Virus record (IMG/VR): IMGVR_UViG_3300025018_000180
Span: 1 to 56,189 of that record
Strand: one strand, 5' to 3'
From: a virus
Lineage: Duplodnaviria > Caudoviricetes
Length of the DNA: 56,189 bases
The notes beneath the pieces were generated by a model. That model was not told where the DNA came from and made no database searches. It was given only the letters and a program-made list of their open reading frames with translations. A program made the translations under genes and the position numbers. Positions 16,908 to 27,065 of the stretch are shown here, one piece after another. The first letter of the stretch is position 1. Every line of letters starts with the position of its first letter.

Positions 16908-19022
16908 TTAACTATATATAATTCTTCCACCCTTTGTAATAATATATCCATATTCAGGAGTGTTTTTTAATTCAATCTTAGCATTATGTAATACTTGTTG
17001 TGCAGATAGCGAAGTATCATATATTCTAAGTTTTTGTATTCCACCAATAAATGATGAATTAAAATTTTGTTCTATTAATAAATTGTCTTTTGTTGAATCC
17101 TGTGATAAATTGTCAGGTGCTGTATAAATAAAATCGTCAACATATAACATAAAATTATCAACCAAAGGTAATGTAGATTCTATTAATAAACCAACTTTTA
17201 TGAATTGTTGTCCTGTATTTTTTTTCATGTTGAATTTAGCATATAGGTTAATCCATTTATTATCACCAGTATATACTGCTTGTTTATATTCAGGGTGACC
17301 AGCAAGTATTTCTAAATTTTCTTGTGAAATTACAGGAAACCCTGTTGGTCCTGAAATTGATAATGCTGTTTCACCATCAATATATTCATACTCTTGTGGA
17401 ACTATTGGAAATGGTGTTGGTTGTGCATAATCAGCAGAAGTTATTGGTTGTTTATATATTTGTTCTTGTTGAATTTCAATGTCTTCTGTACCTATAGGTA
17501 TTAGAGATATTGAACTTACAACAGGAAATTGATTAGCATCTAATTCTTGAAATATACCAGTATTATAAATTTTAGCCGAAATAACTATGTCTCTGTTTGA
17601 TAACACTTCTATTGGTTGTGCAAATTCAATGTAGTATTGTGTTCTTGTAGTATCTGTTGCACCAGTATGTTTTACACTCATAACCGTTTCAGGTATGATA
17701 ATACTTGGGTTACAATCGTCAGTACTGTAGAATGTTGTATTATCTGCACTTAATACAACACCGTATGAGTTATACGAACCACCAGTAGCACCTGTGAAAC
17801 ATGGGTCTGTTATTAATGGGTCATTAGTAATACTAAAATTATCTTCTATATATGTTTGTGATTCACCAGTGTAAATAGGAAGAGTTCTTTTATCATAATG
17901 CCAAGAATGTTTTAATCCAAATGAACCACCACCCCAACTTATTGTATAAGGTACACCTTCTACCTTTTCTCTATCATTACTAAAATCTCTGAAATAATAT
18001 TCATCAAAATCGTTTAATGTCCAAAATAATTTACCATTAACATACATTTTAAAAGTGCCTTTTCTTCTTGGTTCACATTTTAATTTGTTAATGTCTTCAA
18101 TTACTACATCAGGAGTAAATGTATGTGTTATTATAGTCCAACCAGTAGTTACTGAACTACTAGAAGTTTTTGTAATAACACTACCACTACCATTGATGTA
18201 TTTTAATCCTATTTTACCGTTAGGATTTAAAAAAAATGCCATAATATTATCCTTAATATTATCTATTTGTGGTGTATTAGTCCAAACTTCTTTATTTCTG
18301 GTTGCCCAATCACCAAAAGCAATTTTAGAAATTTCTTCTGGTTGATACGATATTAAATGGTCACCTTCACTTGTAGTTACACCCGACCAACCAGTTGTTG
18401 TCGTTATTATAGCTTGTTGCTGACCAATAATACCAGTAGTTGCATTAGTGATGAAAGTTTTTATTATTTTTTTGGTTTCACCTGAATAATATAGATTATA
18501 TTTATCTTCTGCACGACTACCCATTAAATAAAAAATACCACCATCGAACGATTCTGGTGTTATTAAAACAATATTCTCTATTGTAATTCCTGCTGCATAA
18601 CGTGCAGGAAATAGTTCATAATTGTAGTTTTGTAACTTAAAAAATCCTTGTAAATACCCACCATCAAGCATAAAATAATTACCAGTATTACCAGTGGTAA
18701 CGCTATTAATATTTAAATCTGTATATACTGTTTGACTATCATATGCAGTATTACCAGTGTTATAACCTACTCTATATAGAGTTACTTTTGTATCATTAGG
18801 TGTTAATATTTCACCAGAATACATATGGTCGATTCTACCATTATCATATGCAGTAAGACCAAAATCATATAGGTCTAAATTATCCGATACTGCATTTGTC
18901 CATTCAGATAGACTAATAGAGGTGAATCCAGTATTTAAATTCCAAGAATTTATATCAGTCAAATCTATTTGAATTGCAAGACCATCGGTAATAATACTAT
19001 TTTTTAAACAATTTAAATTCAT
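16908..19022 (-). CDS. Virion protein with LamG/concanavalin-like features
   Basis: 704 aa. GWTIITHTF...MYVNG and FIGGIQKLRIYDTSLS motifs. Phage motif upstream. Confidence 0.6.
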   Translation of the reverse strand: MNLNCLKNSIITDGLAIQIDLTDINSWNLNTGFTSISLSEWTNAVSDNLDLYDFGLTAYDNGRIDHMYSGEILTPNDTKVTLYRVGYNTGNTAYDSQTVYTDLNINSVTTGNTGNYFMLDGGYLQGFFKLQNYNYELFPARYAAGITIENIVLITPESFDGGIFYLMGSRAEDKYNLYYSGETKKIIKTFITNATTGIIGQQQAIITTTTGWSGVTTSEGDHLISYQPEEISKIAFGDWATRNKEVWTNTPQIDNIKDNIMAFFLNPNGKIGLKYINGSGSVITKTSSSSVTTGWTIITHTFTPDVVIEDINKLKCEPRRKGTFKMYVNGKLFWTLNDFDEYYFRDFSNDREKVEGVPYTISWGGGSFGLKHSWHYDKRTLPIYTGESQTYIEDNFSITNDPLITDPCFTGATGGSYNSYGVVLSADNTTFYSTDDCNPSIIIPETVMSVKHTGATDTTRTQYYIEFAQPIEVLSNRDIVISAKIYNTGIFQELDANQFPVVSSISLIPIGTEDIEIQQEQIYKQPITSADYAQPTPFPIVPQEYEYIDGETALSISGPTGFPVISQENLEILAGHPEYKQAVYTGDNKWINLYAKFNMKKNTGQQFIKVGLLIESTLPLVDNFMLYVDDFIYTAPDNLSQDSTKDNLLIEQNFNSSFIGGIQKLRIYDTSLSAQQVLHNAKIELKNTPEYGYIITKGGRIIYS

Positions 19023-19037
19023 TATAAACCAATTTTA

Positions 19038-19078
19038 TATAAATACGATACATTTATAGTATTGCACAAGTATTTATA
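19038..19078. promoter_or_regulatory. Divergent pair of GTATTTATA motifs (putative late promoters)
   Basis: TATAAATAC at 19038-19046 and GTATTTATA at 19070-19078 lie between divergent genes. The same motif precedes most transcription units. Confidence 0.65.
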
Positions 19079-19093
19079 AAAAACTGTAATAGT

Positions 19094-19360
19094 ATGAGTA
19101 AATCAAGTAAAGAATTAATTTTCGAAAGAATGGGATTATCAAGTCCTAAGTTAGAAATAACTGAACCTGTTATGGAAAATAGTGTTCCTAAAAGTGATTC
19201 AATTAATAAGGTGTTTGACTTTTTTGAGCAAGAAAATTATTTTCCAATATTTAATGGTAATAATTTTCAATTTATTAAAGTAAGTGAACATCCACAAGAA
19301 TTCGAAGAATTTAAAAGAACAATGAATAGTAGTTGGAGTGAAATTAGTCTACCGTTTTAA
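19094..19360 (+). CDS. Hypothetical protein
   Basis: 88 aa ORF just after the motif. Confidence 0.6.
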   Translation: MSKSSKELIFERMGLSSPKLEITEPVMENSVPKSDSINKVFDFFEQENYFPIFNGNNFQFIKVSEHPQEFEEFKRTMNSSWSEISLPF

Positions 19361-19370
19361 TTAAAACATA

Positions 19371-20510
19371 ATGGCAAAGAAATTTAAGATATATATCAAA
19401 AAACCTAATGTAGTTGAAGAACCACAAGAACCACAAAAACCAAAAATAGCTGGTTATATGGTAGGACAACCAGTAGAACCTGAATATTGGAAACCAGATA
19501 ATCTTTTAGGTGAGATTATTGACCCAGAAAATATCGATGTGGAGGCTTTAAAGAAAAAAGATACTTTATGTCCTAAGATTTGGAATGAAAACGAACAAAT
19601 CCATCCAGAAGTAAGAGAGTATCTGTTAAAGAATGTTCTTGAATTCATAAAATTTGCCAAATTAGAAGACGCTACATTTAAAGATGTTATTTTAACTGGT
19701 TCATTAGCCAATTATAATTGGCATGAGGGTTCAGATTTAGATACACACATAATAATGGATTTTGACCAAATTTCTGATGATAGTGAATTTGTAGACGATT
19801 ATTTTAGAACAAAAAAAGCACTTTGGGGAGAAAAAATGCCTGTACAAGTACGTGGTCATGATGTAGAATTATATATTCAAAACGAGAAAGAACCACACAC
19901 ATCTACTGGTGTTTATTCAATTTGGAATGATAAATGGTTAACTAAACCCATAAAAGAAATGATTGGTATTGATACCAATAATGTACAAAAAAAGGCAGTT
20001 GAGTTTATGAAAACAATTGATGATTTAGAAGATTCCGCAAATGATAAATATATTGCCGAAATGTCTGATAAATTAATGGAAAAATTGAAAAATTATAGAA
20101 AATCTGGTTTAGAAGAAGGTGGTGAGTTTTCAACAGAAAATCTGGTTTTTAAGGTGTTACGTAATACGGGTTATCTTGAAAAATTGTCAGAATTAAAATA
20201 TAATGGTTTAAGAAAAGAATTGACTTTAGAGGGTATGGTTAGTGAGGGTGGTATGAAAGAAAACCTACAGAAATTATTAAGAAACACCACAGTAGCATTT
20301 GGTTTTGCAGTTGCGGGTTTAGCTTTAAATTCGTTAGATGCACCCACACTACAACAAATTGGAATTGGTAATGATATAATAAAAAAAGCGACAAACTATA
20401 TAGATAGTCTAAATTCAGAACAATTAGAAGACGTTATAAATAGAGCAAAAGTATATCCCGAATACTTAAATAAAAAATTAAAACAAATTGACAATGAAAT
20501 ACTTAATTAA
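19371..20510 (+). CDS. Nucleotidyltransferase-domain protein
   Basis: LTGSLANYNW...SDLDTH...HDVELY Pol-beta-type signature. Confidence 0.75.
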   Translation: MAKKFKIYIKKPNVVEEPQEPQKPKIAGYMVGQPVEPEYWKPDNLLGEIIDPENIDVEALKKKDTLCPKIWNENEQIHPEVREYLLKNVLEFIKFAKLEDATFKDVILTGSLANYNWHEGSDLDTHIIMDFDQISDDSEFVDDYFRTKKALWGEKMPVQVRGHDVELYIQNEKEPHTSTGVYSIWNDKWLTKPIKEMIGIDTNNVQKKAVEFMKTIDDLEDSANDKYIAEMSDKLMEKLKNYRKSGLEEGGEFSTENLVFKVLRNTGYLEKLSELKYNGLRKELTLEGMVSEGGMKENLQKLLRNTTVAFGFAVAGLALNSLDAPTLQQIGIGNDIIKKATNYIDSLNSEQLEDVINRAKVYPEYLNKKLKQIDNEILN

Positions 20511-20739
20511 GGAAGAACAATTTAGACAATTAATAGAAAAAAAGAAGGTAGATAAGATTGTATCTAAAATATATGAAGATTTTAATAAAATAAAAAAATC
20601 TTTGAAATCTCAGCATTTAATTGAAGAATCAATTAAGGATAGAATTAATTTGTACCAAAAAAGGGGATTATTAACAAGTAATGTAATAAAGAGATTAAAC
20701 GAGGAAAATTTCTTCGAGGAAAATTCAATTATTCTGTAA
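20488..20739 (+). CDS. Hypothetical protein
   Basis: MKYLIKEEQF..LIE start, overlapping the upstream stop. Confidence 0.55.
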   Translation: MTMKYLIKEEQFRQLIEKKKVDKIVSKIYEDFNKIKKSLKSQHLIEESIKDRINLYQKRGLLTSNVIKRLNEENFFEENSIIL

Positions 20740-20841
20740 TAACTAAAAAAAAATGTTATTATGTTTTTTTTACCATTATTTTAGTATTTATAAAAAAATG
20801 TAATTAACATATAATTAAATTTATACAAAATTTTAAATAAA

Positions 20842-23800
20842 ATGGCAAAACCATCACAAGAAAACTTTTATAAAAAATTAAGATACTTCGCTGGCATCAA
20901 CGAAAGTTCAACAAAAGAAACTAATCAAGGTGCTCAAGGTACTTTAATAGACGTGGCTAAATCAAATGACGGTACTTCATACGGTATTGTTAAGGAAAAC
21001 CACCATTATTATATTAAGAAGTCTACTTTAAATGAAGGTCATAAGGTATCAGATTTTATTTATATAAGTGGGTTGCAAAACAAAATGGATTACCAATATA
21101 ATTCTTTGGCAGAAGCCGAAAAACAAAGAAATTTCTATCTACAAGGATTGAATGAAGCGTTTTCGTTAAAACCAAAACAATTTGTTGGTTCAGAAAAAAA
21201 AACACAAAAAGTAGATAATCCTTTTCAGTATATAAAAGAAACTGTTAATAATGGTAAGTCTGCTAATAAGGTAATTCTTGAAAACCGTTTTAAAAAAAAC
21301 ATTGTTGAGAATACCAATAATGTGTCAAAAAAAAGCTTAATGAATGAAACTGCTACCCAAGCTATTAGAAAAGCAATGGGTCTTGTAACAGAGGATAAGG
21401 CAATTTCAACAGAAGATTCAGAGGTAAAAGATGCTGATGTGTTGTCAAATAAAACAGGTAAAGAAAAACCACAAGCACCAATCAACGATAGTAATGCACA
21501 AAAAATTGCTGATAAAGCAACGGGAAAGGGTTCTTTCCAAGGTAAATTAGCAACAGGTAAATCTATTGCTGTTAATCAAGCAGGTAGTAAATTAAAAGAA
21601 GAAGCAAGTCCATTGGTTACAGATGATTCAGAACTTATCGTTAATCAATCATTGGCTAATATGGATAATGCTACAAAAGAAAATCCACAAGCACCCATTA
21701 ATGATGGAAATGCTAAAGCAATGGCAGATAAAGCAGTTGGTAAATCTGCTGCTGGTAATACATCATTACCTAATGATGCACCTGAATCAGAAGAAAGTGA
21801 ACCATTCGATAATGAAGAAGATTCTGGTGATGAAAAAGATGATATTGTTAGTGAAGCAAAAGCACTTTCAACTGACGATTCGGAACAAAAAAAAGCTGAC
21901 GAAATAGCTAATAGTAAGAGTAAAATTGGTACACCAGAAGCACCTTACAATAATTATAATCAACCAAACAAAGGTCAAACAGAAAAGAAAGGTACACCTT
22001 TAGCACCTAAAGCATCTAAAAAGGATATTGTTGCGGAAACAAAAGTTTTAAGTACTGCTGATTCAAATGTGAATACAAAGGATTCTCCTGCAAACCAAGA
22101 AAATGGTGATATGACATATGATGGTGGTAAATTACAAAAAGGTACATCATATAGTATGAATGATAATTCAATTGCAGAATCGGAAGAAGAAGCCTTAGAT
22201 GCAGCTAGTCAACAATTAGGTGATTTAGATGTTCAAATAGATGCTGAAAAAGAAGCTGCTGTTGCACCAGAAGCTCCTGTAGAAGACCCAATGGCAGGTG
22301 GAGAAGAAATGCCAGCAGAAGACCCAATGGGTATACCAGATGGAGTAGCACCAGAAGAATTAGATGCTGCTGCTGATGGAGTAGAAGATTTAGGTTTAGA
22401 TGGTACAGAAGAAATGCCAGCAGAATACCCAATGGCTATGGGTGGAGAACAAGCACCAGAAGGTGAAGGTGGAAATCCAGAAGAAATTAAAAGAGAATTG
22501 AAAAGTTTAGCTGGTCAAATGCAACAATTAGTAGGTGAAAATCCTAATATTGCAGATGATGAACAAACAGCATTAGAAGTTATTAACCAAACAGTTGAAC
22601 CATTTAATACTGAAAAAATGGGTCACGGTACTCAACAAAAAATAATGAATAAAGTAAAGGGTGAGGAAGACGATATGGGTGGAGAACCTGCACCAGAAGG
22701 TGGTGAGGAAGTAACCAATACAGAAGAGCTACCTGTTCCAGAAATTGATGTTCCACCTTTAGGTGAAGAAGAATGTTCTGAATGTGGTACATTTGAGCAA
22801 TATGCTGAGTCAAGAGGATATCCTTCATTTGTAGGTGCAACATTAAACGAAGTTGCAAACGTACTTAGTGGATATATTAATGCATTCAACGAAGGTATGA
22901 ATGATGGTGATTTTAAAGTAACTTCAAAATATATGACAAAAGCTGTACTAAAAGAACTTAAAGAGTATGGACACGATGGTTATATAAAAGAAGCAATCAC
23001 AAAGAAAAAAGTATTAAGTGAAGCAGGTATGCCAGTTGGCAGTTTCGAACCACAACCACCTATAGATGGTAGTGTAGAACTAACCGAAGAAGATATTAAC
23101 GAACTTGGTTGGAGAGACATTAAAAACGCAGCTTCTGGTATTAGTAAAGCAGGTAGTTATGTTGGTAACAAAGTAGGTCAAAAAGTTAGTGGTGCTCAAG
23201 ATGCAATGATGAACAAAGTTCAACAAGCAGGTCAATTCGTAGGTGACAAAGCCAAACAAGCTGGTCAATTCGTAGCAGATAAGACACAAGATGTTAAACA
23301 GCAATATCACCAAGGTAATGCTAAAAGTATGATTCAAAATATACAACAAGATGCTGCTAAATTAGGTAAAACTATTGCTGCTTATAACGCACAAGCTCAA
23401 AAAGCAGGTGGGCAACCAGTTACTATTCGTTCAATTGCAGCAACAATTTCAAATCAACTACAAAAAAATGGTGGTAATGTAGACTTATCTGCACATAAAG
23501 GATTAAATCAATTTGGAGAAGGTGATATGAATGAAGATGGAGAAGATTTTCCAAATACATTAGGTCTTGACAAGGGTAATGAGAAATTTTTACCATCTAA
23601 TGATTTAGAACAAGCAATAAATGCACCAGATAAAGAAAGAAATCCTGATATTGTGGTAGCACAAGATGACGAATTTGGATATACACAACAAAAACCAAAT
23701 AGTTTTGCACAACCACCACAAAATATGGGTATTGTAATGCCTAAATTAGGTGAATCTGAAATAAAATTAAGAAAATATGTTCAACAAAGACTCGCAGAAA

Positions 23801-23910
23801 AGAAAGGTACTAAAAAACCTTTATTAAAAGAAAGTCAAAAATCTGAAAAGCTAAAGCAGTTAGATAAGATGATTGACGAGCAATGGGAGTTGGCTAATAA
23901 GTTGAAATAA
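20842..23910 (+). CDS. Large acidic low-complexity protein, probable internal head/core protein
   Basis: 1022 aa with internal repeats, Glu/Pro/Gly-rich tracts and many hydrophobic-x-E sites. Lies upstream of the terminase. Confidence 0.6.
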   Translation: MAKPSQENFYKKLRYFAGINESSTKETNQGAQGTLIDVAKSNDGTSYGIVKENHHYYIKKSTLNEGHKVSDFIYISGLQNKMDYQYNSLAEAEKQRNFYLQGLNEAFSLKPKQFVGSEKKTQKVDNPFQYIKETVNNGKSANKVILENRFKKNIVENTNNVSKKSLMNETATQAIRKAMGLVTEDKAISTEDSEVKDADVLSNKTGKEKPQAPINDSNAQKIADKATGKGSFQGKLATGKSIAVNQAGSKLKEEASPLVTDDSELIVNQSLANMDNATKENPQAPINDGNAKAMADKAVGKSAAGNTSLPNDAPESEESEPFDNEEDSGDEKDDIVSEAKALSTDDSEQKKADEIANSKSKIGTPEAPYNNYNQPNKGQTEKKGTPLAPKASKKDIVAETKVLSTADSNVNTKDSPANQENGDMTYDGGKLQKGTSYSMNDNSIAESEEEALDAASQQLGDLDVQIDAEKEAAVAPEAPVEDPMAGGEEMPAEDPMGIPDGVAPEELDAAADGVEDLGLDGTEEMPAEYPMAMGGEQAPEGEGGNPEEIKRELKSLAGQMQQLVGENPNIADDEQTALEVINQTVEPFNTEKMGHGTQQKIMNKVKGEEDDMGGEPAPEGGEEVTNTEELPVPEIDVPPLGEEECSECGTFEQYAESRGYPSFVGATLNEVANVLSGYINAFNEGMNDGDFKVTSKYMTKAVLKELKEYGHDGYIKEAITKKKVLSEAGMPVGSFEPQPPIDGSVELTEEDINELGWRDIKNAASGISKAGSYVGNKVGQKVSGAQDAMMNKVQQAGQFVGDKAKQAGQFVADKTQDVKQQYHQGNAKSMIQNIQQDAAKLGKTIAAYNAQAQKAGGQPVTIRSIAATISNQLQKNGGNVDLSAHKGLNQFGEGDMNEDGEDFPNTLGLDKGNEKFLPSNDLEQAINAPDKERNPDIVVAQDDEFGYTQQKPNSFAQPPQNMGIVMPKLGESEIKLRKYVQQRLAEKKGTKKPLLKESQKSEKLKQLDKMIDEQWELANKLK

Positions 23911-24422
23911 TGAAACATAATCCAGAAGAATTAAAACTCATATATGTTCTTAAAATAGGATATAATTCTAAAAATGAAGGACTATATGAGTTTGTCTTTT
24001 CTAAAGACCCAGAAAACATTGATTATGAGAAATGGTGTTGGAATGCTACACCTGCTTGTGATAATGCGTTACCTCCTACGGAAGATTTCTATGACGAAAT
24101 TTACTCACTAAAAACACAAAAATTCGATTTATTCTGTCTTCATGAGGCCGTTGATAGACCATATATGCATGGGTATTATAATATCCATTGTTTAGCATAT
24201 GAAGACCCTGATAGTGAAAACGCACAAGAAGAAGAACAATACGATAATTATGATAATATGTTTAGTAGTGGTTTTCAAGAATCAACTAAAAATCATGAGG
24301 AAAAAATTATGGTTTTTCATTATAGAATGACGTTACAAGATGTGGAAGATATTTTATATGAAAAAGATATAATTTTGAAGGGGAAAGAATTTACTACAAC
24401 AAAAAACATTTCAATTATATAG
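23910..24422 (+). CDS. Hypothetical protein upstream of terminase
   Basis: 170 aa, coupled to the previous gene. Confidence 0.65.
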   Translation: MKHNPEELKLIYVLKIGYNSKNEGLYEFVFSKDPENIDYEKWCWNATPACDNALPPTEDFYDEIYSLKTQKFDLFCLHEAVDRPYMHGYYNIHCLAYEDPDSENAQEEEQYDNYDNMFSSGFQESTKNHEEKIMVFHYRMTLQDVEDILYEKDIILKGKEFTTTKNISII

Positions 24423-24464
24423 AATTTTAATTCAAGGTATTTATAATTATAAAATATTATAAAT

Positions 24465-25706
24465 ATGGGTAAGAAAATATTAGACGACTCTGAGGTTAGA
24501 ATTGGAATTAACGACCATAATTCGGTAGTTCCACCAAACTTAGAGTTAGAAAGAAAAAAGGAAGAGGCAAGAAAAAGAAAAGAAGAGTTAATTGAACAAA
24601 TGGGTATATACATACCCAAAATTACAACACTTTCAGGGGAAGAAAAACTAATAACCAATCTAAATTTAGAAGAACAAGAAGTTGAAATAATTCGTTGTAC
24701 TAAAAGCCCAATATATTTTATTTGTACATACCTAACAATTTTTGACCAGACACAAGGAGAGGGTGGTCAGATAGTTCCATTCGAATTATTCCCTTTTCAA
24801 AAGGAGTTAATAGAGACATATAAGGAAGAAAGATTTGTAGTTGCTAATAAGTATCGTCAGGCTGGTGTATCAACCTGTACATCAGCTTATATTGCGTGGT
24901 ACATGGGTTTTAATAAGAATAGGAACGTTGCAATTGTTGCGGATAAGTTAGAAACAGCAATGTCTGAAATGATGAAGGATGTAGTGGACTTCCTAGAGTC
25001 GTGCCCTACTTGGTTAACTCCAAGACCAACCATAAAAGATACACAGAAACATAAGATATATGATAATGGGAATGAACTAAGAGCGTTTGCTTCAAACTCA
25101 TTACGTGGTTTTACCCCTACTTTATTGTTTTGGGATGAAACAGCATGGGCAGAAAAAGGAGAAAAATTCTGGACAGCAGCTAAACCTACGCTTCAAACTG
25201 GTGGACGTGCAATTTTTGTTTCAACACCGAACGGTTTAGAACCAGTATTTTATAAAACATTCACTGGTGCTAAAAACAAGAAAAACGATAATAACTTTTT
25301 TGCTTTTGAATTATGGTGGTATAATGACCCACGCTACACAAGGAATAAAGAAGGTAAATTCGATTTAGAGTGGATTAAAAATAAAGGCAAAGAACACGAA
25401 ATAAGACTTAAAGATGAACATTGGAGTCATGAAAAACGTGCACAATTGGTTGAAGATGGTTGGGAAGCTAGTTCTTCATGGTTTGAGTTCCAAGTAAAGG
25501 ATTATAACGGAGATATGAAGAAATTAGCACAAGAACTTTTGTGTGTTTTTGGAGATTCTATAATTACTGTTAGAAATAAATTATCAGGATTAATTGAAAA
25601 AATTAATGTTGATATGTTTTACAAAAAACTCGAAGAGGAAAATAATAGAAATAAAAAACAAACGTCTACAATAAATAAATGTATAAATTTTCTACAATGC
25701 AATTAA
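24465..25706 (+). CDS. terL: Terminase large subunit, N-terminal ATPase part plus N-intein
   Basis: FELFPFQ, KYRQAGVST (Walker A), LLFWDE (Walker B), VSTPNG. Ends QELL|CVFGDS... Confidence 0.9.
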   Translation: MGKKILDDSEVRIGINDHNSVVPPNLELERKKEEARKRKEELIEQMGIYIPKITTLSGEEKLITNLNLEEQEVEIIRCTKSPIYFICTYLTIFDQTQGEGGQIVPFELFPFQKELIETYKEERFVVANKYRQAGVSTCTSAYIAWYMGFNKNRNVAIVADKLETAMSEMMKDVVDFLESCPTWLTPRPTIKDTQKHKIYDNGNELRAFASNSLRGFTPTLLFWDETAWAEKGEKFWTAAKPTLQTGGRAIFVSTPNGLEPVFYKTFTGAKNKKNDNNFFAFELWWYNDPRYTRNKEGKFDLEWIKNKGKEHEIRLKDEHWSHEKRAQLVEDGWEASSSWFEFQVKDYNGDMKKLAQELLCVFGDSIITVRNKLSGLIEKINVDMFYKKLEEENNRNKKQTSTINKCINFLQCN

Positions 25707-26026
25707 ATACTAATTATGAAATATTAAATTCAGAGAATAAATTTGTTGATTTTTTGGGTATTGATAAAGCAGTAAAAGATACTATGTTAGAAATAACATT
25801 GGAAAATGGGATGTCTATTAAATGTTCTGAAAATCATATCTTTTTGGTTAATGAGATGAATACTTTTGCAAATTCATTAGCACCAGATATTTCATATTTA
25901 ACAACAATATCTGGTGATTCTTTTGTTAAATCAATAAAAACAATTAAAGGTGAATTTGAATTATATGATATTGTTGACGCTGTAAGTGGATATTCATATA
26001 TTACAAATGGTATAATATCTCACAAC
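25542..26026 (+). mobile_element. Naturally split mini-intein (IntN 25542-25703, IntC 25697-26026)
   Basis: Block A CVFGDSII is in gene 1. Blocks B (CSENH), F (LYDI) and G (NGIISHN|C) are in gene 2, in another frame. Confidence 0.88.
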
Positions 26027-26998
26027 TGTTCGTTTCTTGGTTCTGGTGATAACTTTATTGCAGAAGAATTTATAAAACGTATTGAAGAATTTGAAAAGAG
26101 AGTTCCTATTCGTCAGGAATATGAAGATTTATGTATGTGGATTTGGGAAGACCCACTACCAGACGAAGAATATATTATGTCTATAGATGCATCTGCTGGT
26201 CATGGTGATGATAATTCAACAATAAACATTTTTAAGATTAAAGAAGTTATTGAAGATAGGGTAATCAAGAAAAATGGAAAGTTAAAAAAGGTTAAAACTA
26301 GAACACACAAATTGGAACAAGTTGCTGAATATTACAGCAAAATCAGACCACAAACACTTGGAGAAATTGGATATATCTATGGTAAAAAATATAATGAGGC
26401 ATATTGTGTGGTGGATGTTACTGGTGGTTACGGTGGACAAGCTATTGAAAGATTATTAGAAATGGGGTATCCCAATATCCATTATTCCGAAATAACACAC
26501 AAACCAACCAGAGACAAACTTTCAGGATTTGTTAAAGTAGGTCAAAAAATACTACCTGACGGTAAAATGGTTACTGTTGATTTAATCCCAGGATTCTTTA
26601 TTGGACAAAATAGAGGTTCTGTGTTAACAGAAATGCAAAGAGCTATTAACTTAGAAGATATTATTATTCGTTCGATTAGACTTATTGATGAATTAAAAAC
26701 ATTTGTCACAATACAAGGTAGTAGAGTTGCTGACCATAAACGCTCATTCCATGATGATTCTATTATGGGAATGGCATGTGCTGTTTATGTGGTCAATTAC
26801 CAAATGAGAAACTTTAGAAATTCAATATCTAAAACAAAAAAAATGTTAGATGCATTTATAAAATTGGAAGGTGACCAAGTAATGATAAAAACAGATAAAA
26901 AACAAAATAATAATAGCAACACAAGAACACCAGATTATACGGTAAGTAGAAGAAATCCATATGGTGCTAATGATTGGTTGTTCAAAGGTTTAAAATAA
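25697..26998 (+). CDS. terL: C-intein plus terminase large subunit nuclease part (start 25697 or 25679)
   Basis: HN|CSFLGSG, then IDASAGHGDDNS and HDDSIM RNase H-like motifs. Confidence 0.88.
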   Translation: MQLNTNYEILNSENKFVDFLGIDKAVKDTMLEITLENGMSIKCSENHIFLVNEMNTFANSLAPDISYLTTISGDSFVKSIKTIKGEFELYDIVDAVSGYSYITNGIISHNCSFLGSGDNFIAEEFIKRIEEFEKRVPIRQEYEDLCMWIWEDPLPDEEYIMSIDASAGHGDDNSTINIFKIKEVIEDRVIKKNGKLKKVKTRTHKLEQVAEYYSKIRPQTLGEIGYIYGKKYNEAYCVVDVTGGYGGQAIERLLEMGYPNIHYSEITHKPTRDKLSGFVKVGQKILPDGKMVTVDLIPGFFIGQNRGSVLTEMQRAINLEDIIIRSIRLIDELKTFVTIQGSRVADHKRSFHDDSIMGMACAVYVVNYQMRNFRNSISKTKKMLDAFIKLEGDQVMIKTDKKQNNNSNTRTPDYTVSRRNPYGANDWLFKGLK

Positions 26999-27065
26999 AG
27001 TATTTAAAATAAAGACTTTTGAGTTAATTATTAGTATTTATAAAAAACTATAAAAATTTATAAAA

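Noticed and set aside
25620-25710. Programmed frameshift or pseudogene explanation for the broken terminase
   Set aside because: The break sits where known TerL inteins are naturally split, and the second part has its own overlapping ATG.
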